Source: Piromyces finnis finn (taxonomy: Eukaryota; Fungi; Neocallimastigomycota). From it: a stretch of DNA of 64,000 nt. Position 1 is the first letter of the stretch; every line of letters starts with the position of its first letter. Made by a program: the position numbers and the translations under genes. Positions 26,368 through 38,800 of the stretch are shown piece after piece. Location: positions 434,001 to 498,000 of the forward strand of contig MCFH01000036.1 of the NCBI GenBank assembly GCA_002104945.1, given 5' to 3'. The notes under the pieces were generated by a model. That model ran no database searches. It was not told the DNA's origin and was given only the letters and a program-made list of their open reading frames with translations.

Positions 26368-29300
26368 ATGGGTTTAGGCTTAATACATAACTTTCCTTTA
26401 TTATTTGGGAAGAAAACAATTGATAAAAATATTGCAAAGATTCAGAGAAAGAAAAAAGCTTTAATTACTTTTCAAAAGATTTTAAAAAAAACGTAATGTT
26501 ATTATTAATAATAATATTATTATATATGTATAAAATAATAGTACGTAGAATAACACTTATATTTATTTATTTATTATTATTACTATTATTCATAGTTTTA
26601 TTCTTTATATTATTGGTATAATATGGCTTCTTATATTGCCTTCAAAAATAGTACATAATACTTCAAAAACTCAAGAAAATGCATTATTAGCAGGACAAGT
26701 AAATATTTATAAAAATTGAAAAACTAGATAATTTTATTTTATATATGATAATAATATTCTTAATTTATATATTAAGGTTAATACTTATTATAGTAATTCA
26801 GAAGTTAATTTAGAAATGGAATATGCTGAAAAATTAAAGAATATAACCTTGTAATTATCAACTTATCAATTTCTGCTTTTAAATTATTTAGTATATATAT
26901 GCACATTATAGTATAGATGCAAATTTTTATTTCGAAATATTATTAATCTGTATAAATTAATCGATATTTAAATTCAATTTAATGTAGTTATCAACAATTT
27001 ATTAAAGAAGAAATGGAAAAATATGGTTTATTATCAGAAATTCAGAATTTTTCTTATAATTCTTCTATAGGAAATATGGTATAGTATTCATTTGTAAAAA
27101 ATATAGTAATTAAAATTGATGAAATATAGTATAATTGAAAAAAATTTTTTTATTTAAAAAGTAAAAAACACAAATGTTTAATACATTAATAATAAATAAT
27201 AATATAAACATCAATAATATAAATAATAAATAATAATAAAATTCTTTAATTAAATCATTAATACATTATATATTTCATTACTCTTTAGAAAATCAATGGT
27301 GCAAATGTTTATGGTTTATTTAAATCACCAAGAAGTGATGGGACTGAAAGTCTTGTACTTTCTGCTCCATGGACCTGCTCTAAAGATGAATGTAATAATT
27401 AATAACTATAATTATTGTAAATAATTATTAATTATAATATTGAAAATTTTACAAATTATGAATATTATTTAAATTTTATTTAGTAAATACTCATGGTGTT
27501 GCTTTTTTATTATCTTTAATGAGATACTTTATAAGTATGAGTTATTATTGTTATTATTCGTATTATAAATAATTTATATTTCCAAAATAAAATTAACTTA
27601 TTATTTGTAATTAGAACAAGCTTATTGGGCAAAGGATCTAATATTTATTGTATATGACCATAATACTGTTGGTGCTTCGGCATGGTTACAATCGTATCAT
27701 TCTATACATGATAATGGTATAATATCTTAATTTTTTTTTTTTTTTATAATAAATGATTTTCTTATTAATTAAGCAAATATACTAAATTATTATGTGTAAA
27801 TTATAAATTCTTTTTATAGATATAAAATACGAACCTTTGACATTTAGATCTGGTGTTATACAAGAAGCTATTAATTTAGAACTTTGTAGTCAAAGTGGTT
27901 CTTTTAGTTCATTGGGTTTATATTTTGGTTAGTATATATTTATAATTAATTTTAAGTTATTATTAATTCTTCGTTTTATTAAGGTAGAAATTTATTATAA
28001 TCATTATTTCATTAATCTTGATAGAAGGTTCAAATGGGCAATTACCAAATTTAGATATTGTAAATACTGTTTTTAAGTTAGCAAATTCCGTAAGAATACC
28101 AATATCAATTTTTGATTCTACTGTTCGAAGATATCAAAGATTAGATGATAAAACATATTATAAGGAATGTGCCAAGAATCTATTAAGAACAGCTAAACAT
28201 CAGCTTCATGGAATTCCATTAAAGGCACATGGTGTTTTTGTAAAGTAAATATTATAGTTCTAATATTTTCATAATAAATTTTAATTTCAGTTATATATTT
28301 AATAATAATTATTATTTAATTACCTTTGATACTAAATAAAACATAGATATAAAATTGACGCTATTACTCTTCATGGAAATAATCATAAAAAAGAAAGATC
28401 ATCTTTTGGAATAAAACCAATTGGAACGTTAGTATGATATAAAAATAATTGAAAATTACAATTTAATATATTATTAAATATATCTTTACTTTATTATTAT
28501 TATTTTTTTTTTAATTTAATAGATATACTGAAGGTTTAGTTCGAAGTTTTAATAATTTATTGGAAAAATTACATCATTCAAATCACTTTTATATGATTCC
28601 ATATTCTGGTTATATTCTTGATGTTGGTTATTTCTATCCACCAGTTGTATTATTAGTTGCTTTTTTAACAACAAATGTATGTAATATTAAGTAATTATAA
28701 TTATATTATTGAGATGACATATCTAAATTTATATATATTTTTATAAATTAGGCTTATTTAATATGGCTTGCTTCAGGTGATAAAGACCCATTACAACCTT
28801 TACCAGTAAATGTAAAATCTGTTCATATATATGATGCTAATAAACCAAAAGGAATTTTAATTGATACCTTTCCTGCTTTTTCAAGGAGAGATAGACCAGT
28901 AATTCAAGCTACATCTATTATTATCTTGACATTTGTTTGTGGTGCTTTATGTTATTTTATTCCATATATTTCATGGAAAATAATTAATATTTTTAATTTA
29001 AGTAAAAATATGGTAAATTAAAAAAAATCATTGTATATTAATATATATATTTTCCAGTTTAGATTATTAATTAAAACTTAAAATAATCAAAATGTTTTTA
29101 TATTATCATATATCATATATAATATATTAGTTATTTAGTTTAACTGTTATTTTATCATTAGTTTTAATTGTTGGTATATTAAAACCTTCTATACCATTTA
29201 TTAGAACTATGTTGATTCCTGATGAAGATGAGACACCAGATGAAGAAATAAGTAAACAACCAAAATCAAAAGAGCCTGTTCCAGATTGGCATTTAATAAA

Positions 29301-29673
29301 ATGTATTTCATGTTGTTTATTATGTTGTGTTTTAAGTACTTTTGGATTAATTAGCTATGGCTTATCTGTTCTTTTTGGTCTTATATCAACACCAGTATAT
29401 TCATTTATTCAACCAACTAAAAATCGTTTCCTCAATGTTGTTCAATTTATCGAACTTATCATAGTATCTCCTGTAGGAATATTATTTATAGCTTCTTACA
29501 TGGCTAAACTTACTCCAAATCAGTTATATTTAAATTTAATTCATGAAAGCGAACTTTATGGAACATGGATTTTACCATTTATTTATTTCTTCTATTTACC
29601 AATTAATATTTGTCATTTCATTATTTTATCAAGTCATGTAAAAAATGTGGATAAATCTATTAAAAAAGATTAA
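26368..29673 (+). CDS. GAA1: GPI transamidase component Gaa1 (multi-exon)
   Basis: Spliced exons give QENALLAGQV, SPRSDGTESLVLSAPW, YWAKDLIFIV, RSGVIQEAINLEL, GSNGQLPNLDIVN and RSFNNLLEKLHHS. The hydrophobic C-terminal ORF is 29209-29673. Confidence 0.92.
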
Positions 29674-30120
29674 ATATTTTAATAAAAAGACAAACAAATA
29701 ACCCTTTTATAAATAAAGTAATCATTTACTTATTGTAATGTAAATGTAACATTTTTTTTCTTTTCTATTAAATACCAATTATACTATATATATATATACA
29801 ACGAAACTACGTTTAAAAAAAAAATGAACAAAAATTCTTTATTTATTAATATATATGTATATTTTTTAAAAAAAATCATTAATTTATGATGCTTTATTAT
29901 TATTTATTAACTTTATTAATGAAAAATGATGGTTTTCTTAATATTATAATATTTAATGTGAAAATGAATTTTCTGTATATTATTATTAATTCAAATTATT
30001 TTTTTATATATATCGTTTTGAGGTAATAAACAAATTTACAATAAATAATAGAATTAAAAAAATTTTTTTTATATATAAAAGAGAAAAATATTGATAGTTT
30101 AATGATAGGTTAAGTTTTAT

Positions 30121-30828
30121 TTATTGAAAGATATCCATATCATTTGAATTTGTAGTATTTTTATCATTATTTTCATTTATTTTAGTATTATCATTATTAT
30201 TATCAGATTCATTATCATTTATTTCCATTTTATTATCTTTTTTAGTTTCAGTGGTGGTTTCATAGGTCATTGGCGTATCTTTAATTCCATCTGAATTATC
30301 ATTTGGTAGTGAACTTGGTGCCTTATTATTATTTTCAAAAATAGTGTCTAAATCAGGATTTTCAATTTTAACTTTTAATGGGTCAATAAGATTTTTTGTT
30401 TTAATATTACTATCACTATGAGAAATTAAATCCATTGATAAATCTTTATCGTTTGATGAAACACATGAAGTTACTAATAATACTTTTTCTATAGCACGTA
30501 AATATTTCCATACAGTTTTATGTTGTTCTTGATTTATTGTTGCTAATTCACACAATCTTTGGACTGTAAAGGGTGGCTCATCAAAGGAATCTAATATAGA
30601 CCATATACGCATTTGGAAATCTTCTATTGATTCACCATTTATTATTTGATTACTTGGATTATCTGATAATTTTTGTTCACATAATTGTTTTATTTTGAAT
30701 CTTAATAATTCACGTAATAAATTCCAATTACAAACTACTTCTGCTGTCATTGCTGTTTTTAGTAAATAGTCTTCATATATTTGATTCCATTGCTTAATTT
30801 CAACGTCTTGCATAGTTTCTTCAGTCAT
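30121..30828 (-). CDS. PSY4: Protein phosphatase 4 regulatory subunit 2 (PPP4R2/Psy4), intronless
   Basis: SFDEPPFTVQRLCEL...KYLRAIEKVLLVTS is the PPP4R2 family motif. The tail is acidic and low-complexity. Confidence 0.88.
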   Translation of the reverse strand: MTEETMQDVEIKQWNQIYEDYLLKTAMTAEVVCNWNLLRELLRFKIKQLCEQKLSDNPSNQIINGESIEDFQMRIWSILDSFDEPPFTVQRLCELATINQEQHKTVWKYLRAIEKVLLVTSCVSSNDKDLSMDLISHSDSNIKTKNLIDPLKVKIENPDLDTIFENNNKAPSSLPNDNSDGIKDTPMTYETTTETKKDNKMEINDNESDNNNDNTKINENNDKNTTNSNDMDIFQ

Positions 30829-31316
30829 CTTTTATAGTTTTGTCTATATCTCTTAATATTGGTTTATTGGTTTTATTTTATTGATTAATTTTAAGTGTAT
30901 TTTTTATTTATGCGCTTTATTTAATTATTAAAAAGATTATTAATATTAAAATAATTTTTTTTATATTTACAATAAAATACTTTAATATAAATAATAAAAC
31001 ATATAATCATTTACAATTTTGTTTATGTTTTACTGTTTATAAATGATTAATATACAAATATAATTCTTATTTTAAAAAATATTTAAGTATAATTTTAATA
31101 ATTATTGTTAAACTTATTTAAATAAATTATGTAGATTATGTAGTATCATGAAAAAACATATTAATTTAATATTAATATATAAATAAATAATTAAATAAAT
31201 TTTAAACTAATTAAATGGATAAATTAATCATATATCTTAGGTACTAACCAAAGATTTTGAATAATACAAAATTTTTATATTTACGAAAAGTTAATATTTT
31301 ATTTTAAATTCAAAAT

Positions 31317-31324
31317 ATGATTGG
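31317..31324 (-). promoter_or_regulatory. CCAAT box (ATGATTGG) in the PSY4/NCL1 divergent promoter
   Basis: Same 8-mer, located between two head-to-head genes. Confidence 0.45.
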
Positions 31325-31669
31325 TTATATTCTTTAATGGTAAAATAATATTAAATGTATTTTTTTTTTTTTTTTAAATTTTAAAAATCAATATCAAAAA
31401 AATTACTAGCAATATTCGTTAAGTTGCTTGTAAAAGGTACAAAATTAAAATATAAAAAGTATATTATAAATATATTTATAATATTGTTATATTATTAATA
31501 AAATAATAATAGTAATAAATATTTTTTATCTTTTTTCTTATTAACAACTTAGGAATCAAAAACAATATAAATAGCAATCGTATATAATATATCAAAGCAG
31601 TATATTTTAATAATTTTTAAATCATTGTAATTTATTTAATATTTTTTTTAATAATAAACACATATTAAT

Positions 31670-33865
31670 ATGGGTAAAGGAAAAAAGTTTACTAGACGTG
31701 GAAGAAGAAAGGAATGGAAAGGTGATAATGAACATTCCGAAAAAGATAAGAATCAAGATTTTGGAAAAAGAGGTCAATATAAACAAATTGTAATGGAGAA
31801 TGCTGATTTTGAAAATTATTATAAAGGTCAAAATATAATCCCAGATCCAGAAGAATTTAAACAATTTATTGACATTTTAAAAAAACAACTTCCAGTTACT
31901 TTTAGAATTACAGGTAGTCGTAGTCATTGTGAAGAACTTAGAGATTCAATGATAAAAAACCACTTTTCAAAATTCAATAACAATGAAGGTATGGGTAGTA
32001 AACCAGAAGAAATAAAATGGTATCCAAATGGACTTGGTTGGCAAGTCCCAACTAGTCGTACTGAATTAAGAAAATCAGCTGAAACAGCTGCTTTTCATAA
32101 ATTTTTAGTTTCTGAAACAGAAATTGGTAATATTTGTAGACAAGAAGCAGTAAGTATGATTCCTCCATTATTATTAAATGTTCAACCACATCATTATGTT
32201 ATTGATATGTGCGCAGCTCCTGGTAGTAAGACTTCCCAAATTATTGAAGCATTACACAGTCAGGATACTGGAAATGTTGGTTCTATGCCAACTGGTTTAG
32301 TTATTGCTAATGATGCTGATTATAATAGAAGCTATATGTTAGTTTATCAATTAAAGAGATTACAAAGTGCCAACCTTATTGTAACTAATCACGAAGCACA
32401 ATTTTTCCCAAATATTTATGTTAAAAATTCTGATAAAACCTTCAACGTTCCAATTCAATTTGATAGAGTATTATGTGATGTTCCATGTAGTGGTGATGGT
32501 ACTTTAAGAAAAAATAAGATGATTTGGAAATCATGGTCTCCAAGACCAGGTAATGGTTTACATCCATTACAAAAGCAAATCTTTATTCGTGGTTGTCAAC
32601 TTTTACGTGTAGGTGGTCGTATTGTTTATAGTACTTGTTCTTTTAATCCAATTGAAAATGAAGCTGTTGTATGTGCTGTTCTTAATGAATGTAAGGGCAG
32701 TATTAGATTAGTTGATGTTTCAAAGGAATTACCAGGCCTTATTCGTAGACCAGGTATGACTTCATGGAAGTGTGCTGGTGAAGGTAATGTTCTTTATTCT
32801 TCTTATGATGAAGTCCCAGAAGCTGAAAAATCAAAGTTCGAAGAAACTATGTTCCCACCAAAGAATGTAACAGAATTAAATGTTGACAGATGCCTTAGAA
32901 TATTCCCTCATTTACAAGATACTGGTGGTTTCTTCGTTGCTGTATTTGAAAAGGTTGCTCCATTTGGTTCATTAGATCTATTTGAAAAGAAAAAGACTGA
33001 AAAGGTTCAATCTAAAGAAGTTGAAATGAATGGTGTTAAGGAAGACGAAGAAGAAATTAACAGTATTGTAGAAAATGATTCAAAAAGAAGAAAATTAGAT
33101 AATACATTCCAAGCTCATAAGGAATTACGTATACCAGAACCAAGTCAAAATAAGAATGTTAAAGTTTTTAGTATTGAACAACCATTTGTTTTCCTTCCAA
33201 AGGATGATCCAATCATTGAAAAAATTAAGGAATTTTATGGTCTTAGTTCAGAATTCCCACAAGAACAATGGGTAGTTCGTACTGAAGGTGAAAAATTCCG
33301 TACTGTTTATTTCATATCTGACTCAGTAAAGTCGATTTTAAATTCTGAAGATTCTCATAGAATTTTAGTTGTTAACTCTGGAGTAAAAATGTTCTTTAGA
33401 AATGAGGGTGATGGTAATGTTAAATGTAGTTATCGTATCGTAAATGAAGGTTTAAATACATTATCACCATATCTTTCAGAAAAACGTATAATTAATGCTA
33501 CTTTAGAAGATTTAAGAGTATTGTTAGAAGAAGATTATCCACATATTAATGGTTTCACTGAAAATACTAAAAGTGCACTTGAAGGTTTGGATCAAGGAAG
33601 TTTTGTATTAAGATTTATTCCATCAGAATCTGACAATAACGATAACTGCTTGATTAGAACTAAGTTAGAATTACCAGTTTGGAAAGCAAGATCTAGTGTT
33701 AATTTATTAATGAAAAAGGCTGAAAAGAAATCACTTGCTTGGAGATTATTAGGAAAGGAATTAGAAGAAAAAAAAACAAGAAAAAGTGAAAATGAAAAAT
33801 TATCAAGCACTGAACAAACTTCAGAGCAAGTATCATCCGAGCAAAAAGTTGAATTACAAGAATAA
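31670..33865 (+). CDS. NCL1: tRNA (cytosine-5)-methyltransferase NCL1/Trm4/NSUN2, intronless
   Basis: Contains RQEAVSMIPP, DMCAAPGSKT, FDRVLCDVPCSGDGT, VYSTCSFNPIENEAVV and PHLQDTGGFFVAV. Confidence 0.97.
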   Translation: MGKGKKFTRRGRRKEWKGDNEHSEKDKNQDFGKRGQYKQIVMENADFENYYKGQNIIPDPEEFKQFIDILKKQLPVTFRITGSRSHCEELRDSMIKNHFSKFNNNEGMGSKPEEIKWYPNGLGWQVPTSRTELRKSAETAAFHKFLVSETEIGNICRQEAVSMIPPLLLNVQPHHYVIDMCAAPGSKTSQIIEALHSQDTGNVGSMPTGLVIANDADYNRSYMLVYQLKRLQSANLIVTNHEAQFFPNIYVKNSDKTFNVPIQFDRVLCDVPCSGDGTLRKNKMIWKSWSPRPGNGLHPLQKQIFIRGCQLLRVGGRIVYSTCSFNPIENEAVVCAVLNECKGSIRLVDVSKELPGLIRRPGMTSWKCAGEGNVLYSSYDEVPEAEKSKFEETMFPPKNVTELNVDRCLRIFPHLQDTGGFFVAVFEKVAPFGSLDLFEKKKTEKVQSKEVEMNGVKEDEEEINSIVENDSKRRKLDNTFQAHKELRIPEPSQNKNVKVFSIEQPFVFLPKDDPIIEKIKEFYGLSSEFPQEQWVVRTEGEKFRTVYFISDSVKSILNSEDSHRILVVNSGVKMFFRNEGDGNVKCSYRIVNEGLNTLSPYLSEKRIINATLEDLRVLLEEDYPHINGFTENTKSALEGLDQGSFVLRFIPSESDNNDNCLIRTKLELPVWKARSSVNLLMKKAEKKSLAWRLLGKELEEKKTRKSENEKLSSTEQTSEQVSSEQKVELQE

Positions 33866-35812
33866 AAATGAAAAATAATTTATAGATAAAAAATATAAAA
33901 AAAAGAAAAAAAAAATTAAGATAAGAACAAAAAAGAAATGATTGAAGTTAAATGATAATTCTTTAAATAATAGAAATAACATATTTATATAATTTTTTTC
34001 TGTAATTTTAAATAAAATGACACAACAATAATTATTTATCTTTTTGAATTAGAATGAACATATTATAATATCAATTTAAAATAATCATATTAATTATAAT
34101 AAATACATATCATTTGTTATTAATAGTTAGAAATTAAATATAAAATTAAAGCATATTTTACTAGACATTTTATTATATATGAATAATTGATAAAATTGCT
34201 ATTATATCATGTACTATATGTAATTGTCTTGTATTATTCTTTATTAATATGTTACTGCTTATTAAAACATGATTTTTTAATTTGGGATAAAGTTTTTTCT
34301 TTTTGATTTTTTTTTTTTTTTTTTCGAATTTTGAATTTTTTATTCGTTAATATATTTGAATTAAAAATACTTATTTCAATATAATGTAAATATATTATAT
34401 ATATGAAGTTAACTCATATAAATAAAAATAATATATTATTAGTTATATAAAAATTTGTAAAAATTTAAATAGTAATTATAGTTTAGAATTTAATTTCATA
34501 TTATTTCTATCTATCTATATATATATTTTTTATTTTTAATTTTCGACTTCTTTTTTTAAAGAACAATTTCAATTAAATTTTTATATAAATTACATTTACT
34601 TTTAAAAATAGAGTGTAATTGATATAATAAAATATTAGATTAAATGTAATAATCAATGATTATTATATTAATGCTAAGAGTTAGTTCATAATGTTAAATT
34701 ATCAACATTATAACTTATAAATGACTTTATTTTTTTTCAGGGAGGAGAATAAATTTTAAATCAATTTTAAAATCTTATAATTTTCATTTACAAAAGATTA
34801 AAAAACATCATTAATATAAATAATAAATGCAATAAATTAAATAAACCTGAAAAAATTTAAATATACATAATATAATTTTTTATGTATAAAACTAAAACTA
34901 AAATAAAGAATATTAAAAAAATTAGAAAGTAAGAAGAAATAAACTAAATAAAACAAAAGCAAAAGTATATTTATTTTATTATAGTAGATAAATATTTCAA
35001 TATATAATTAATCTTGATATTATATGCCAAATATTAATGATTATATTCTATACATTTATAATTTATATTTATTATTTATATAATTTAATTAAATATTTAT
35101 AATGGATTAAATTAATTATACATGTCTTGGTGGAATTAAAATTTATATAAATTAATAACATACTTTTTAATACTTATAAAAGTAGAAGTAATAATACAAT
35201 AAAAACCAATATCAACAATATATCAATATATAAATTAACAAAAGAAAAAAAAAAATAAAAACATTGTATAATTAAAAATAAAAAAGAAGAAGAAAAAAAA
35301 AACAGTAATTACAAAATCCTTTAAAAACATTTATATTTATATAAACAATAACACCACCACCTCAACAACAATAAAACTAATTAATAAATAAGTAAACAAA
35401 CAACAACAACAACAACAACAATAATAAAAATTTAATTTGAAAGTAGTTTTTGTAATAAATTAATTTAACATTGAAATTATATAAAATAATACAAAAGATA
35501 TATGATAAATACTGTTCATTATATAAATGAATAATAAATATAATAATATAGAATTTGTCAATTTTTTTTTAAGTTTAATTGAATATAATACTAATATTAA
35601 TAATAGTAAAAAATTAATATATTAATTAAAATTTGTTTTTAATTAAAAAATAAAAAGACAAATTTCTAATTTAAGTTAAAAATAAAATAGAATTTTTCAA
35701 TTTTTATTTATATATAGATAACATACATACGGGTTTTTATAATCTTTCTTTCTTTTTTTCTTTTTCTTTTTTGTATTTTTAAAAAAATTCGTTTAATTAA
35801 TATATTATTATA

Positions 35813-38800
35813 ATGCCAAAGAAATTACCAGTTAAAGATTATTCAAATTCTTCCGAGACATCTCCAAAATTAGTTAAAGTTCATAATTCTAAAGTACACT
35901 CATATTCTTATTCCAAAAGAAAAACACCTTCGCAATGTATACTACAATATTTATTTGCACAATTCGTAAAATCAGCTGAAGTTAAAATTAATGAAGCTCT
36001 TAATCATTCTTTGGTAAATAAAGATATAAGAATTTTAAAAATTTTTTAAAACATAATACTTTTTTTATGATAAAAATAAATGAATAATAAATAATAATTG
36101 ATTAAAATGTATATAATTGTTCCTTTTTGTCTATTGTATCCATAAAAATATGATGGATAAAGGATAGAGAAGTTGATATGGCTGTAGGTGTAAGAGAAGG
36201 AGATGATCCAAAGTTTGATAAATTATTATATTCATTGGGATCAGTATCTAAGCATTGTCCTAGATCGATGATTGATGCAATAATGACATGGAGAAAAGCA
36301 AGAAGTGATTCTTCAGATTTAATGAAATACGCAGAACTACAGTATATTTTAATTTAATTAAATATAGCTTATTATTTATTAACTTAGTAGTTCATTATAA
36401 TATTGGAATATATAGTAAATATATATATATATATATAATATAAAGATCAGGATATCCATACCCAGACATGAAAATTAAAGAAATAATGAAAGAAAGACGA
36501 TCTGTATGTTTTGAATATTTAAATAATATTCTGATAGAAGATATATAAGCAATTATTAATAATTTTAATTTTTATTTATTTTTTATTTATTATTATTTTT
36601 ATTATATAAATATAGTTAATTTCAAATTTTATACTGTGTCGTGTTTTAATTGAAATAACAAAGCAACTACAATCAGATCAACTTCCAGAGGAATTAGGTG
36701 ATAAATTAGAAGATATGGTTTTTAGTCAATTTAAAAACCTTGAACCGTAAATATTAAAAATTCAACTCAATTATTTAAATTTAATATATATTATATTATT
36801 AAAATATTGTTTTGTGTATAATAGAGATAGTATATCGAGATCAATTAATAGACAAACCAATGCTGATTTTTTTGCAGAGTTAATTGGTGTTATATCGAAC
36901 ATAAGGTATTAATATAAAACTATTATATATTATATTAGGATTATAATATATACAATATATAATATATTATAATTAATATATATTTATTTATGCTCAATAA
37001 AGATTTGCTTCCGTAAGTGATAAATTTAAGAGTGAATTAAATAAAGCCGTAAATGTATTAAAAGAAAGTAAGACAGAATTATTAATTCATAGTATGAGAT
37101 TCTTGAAGTTAAAGGTAATTAATTAATTATAACAAAATCTAAAGATAAAAATGAATGTTAATGAGTAAATAATTATATTAAATTAATATATTAATTATTG
37201 AAAGTTGTATCCCATGGAAGCTTTAGAAGATACAGCCGAGTTTTTACAAGTATGTTCAAATTTTTTTCAATCAGCACATTCTATTAAGATTAAACATGCC
37301 TATGCTGAAGTTTTTGTTGAATTACTTGATCCAATTGCAGCTGTAATTATTATAAGTGTAATTGACTATTTTTTTTCCATTGCTAAAATAATTTTATTGT
37401 TTTCTTGTATTTATTAAACGTTATAGGTTGCAGATGCTGAAGTTAATTTACCTATGTGGACAAAATCAATTGATCTTATTTATCCGAAGGCAACAAAGAT
37501 GATAAATAAGCCAAGACATTATCAAGTAAGTTTGAAAATCAAAAGAATACAAATATTAGGAGTTTTTATTTATTAAGTTTTTGAATTTGATTAATGTATA
37601 ATATAATATAGGTTGCTTATCCATTAGTGACAACATTATTATGTGTTAGTAGAAAAGATTTCTTTTTAAATAATTGGGTACCTCAATTAGAATTATGTTT
37701 CCATAAATTTAAAGACAAGTCATTAAAACACGTAGCTTTATCATGTGTTACAAGATTATTATGGGTTTATTTATATCGCTGTTCAGATTCTTCAACAAGT
37801 AATAGTCAGAAAAGATTAGATTCTATATTAAAAGTATTATTCCCTGTTAATAGAAAAATTATATCACCTTCTGAGACATCATTAAATTTATTTGTTCAAA
37901 TTGTATATTTCATAACTGCTAAACACTTAGAATATGGTTTAAACAATGTGATATTAATGCTTTTAAATTGCGAATCAGGAATAACCTCATTTTCAGGAGG
38001 TAATTCTAGCACTGAAAAATATATGAATATATCAAATGGTGTAGCAGGAACTATTGGATCATCACTATCTCAAGTTTATGGAGGTATATCAAATAATTAT
38101 GGAGATGATAATTTCTCAACAACAGGTAGTAATTCTAGTTTCCAGGCAACTACATCTTCTTCTGTTATTCCATCAGAAACAGATATTGCACCTGAAAGAA
38201 TTATCATAGGTATTCGTGCCTTTTTATTAATACTATCGGATTTGGAGGAAGTAGTCCTTCAAAATTATTCTTCAAACCCATCATATTTACCAGTATCTAA
38301 ATCGATGCCAAGCAATTTAACCTTAAGTTCACAAGTTGTAGTTGAAGGAAAAATCAATATACCATCCCCACCATTCCCAACAAGTGCATTGATTAACAAA
38401 TCTTCAAGGGAAGAGAGAACTGCATTTACTGGTGGTTATGAAGAACTTAGAAAAAACCAAAAGTTATTAAATAATATTGATTCAAATGGTAACATATCAC
38501 CTAAATCAAATTATTCAATTAATAATGTTATATCTTCAAAAGTTATAGCAAGATTTGGTATCTCTGTAAGAGATACAATTGATAGAGTTAACGAAGTTAT
38601 TGGTAGATTAGCATTATCATTAGAACAATCTTGTGGATCTTATTTAATTACTGATGAACGATTCTATTCATTTAATATTCCAATTATTAATTCATCTAAT
38701 AATAGTGTAATAACCCAAAGAAGACCAGCTTCTTCAGTAAATGGTGAAGGTAGAAATAGTAATGAAGGATTGAATAATACTATTGATTCACAATCACAAA

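Noticed and set aside
26542-26544. Possible 3-nt microexon (AG|tac|GT) in GAA1 intron 1
   Set aside because: The flanking exons already join in phase, and the split introns would be only ~50 nt.
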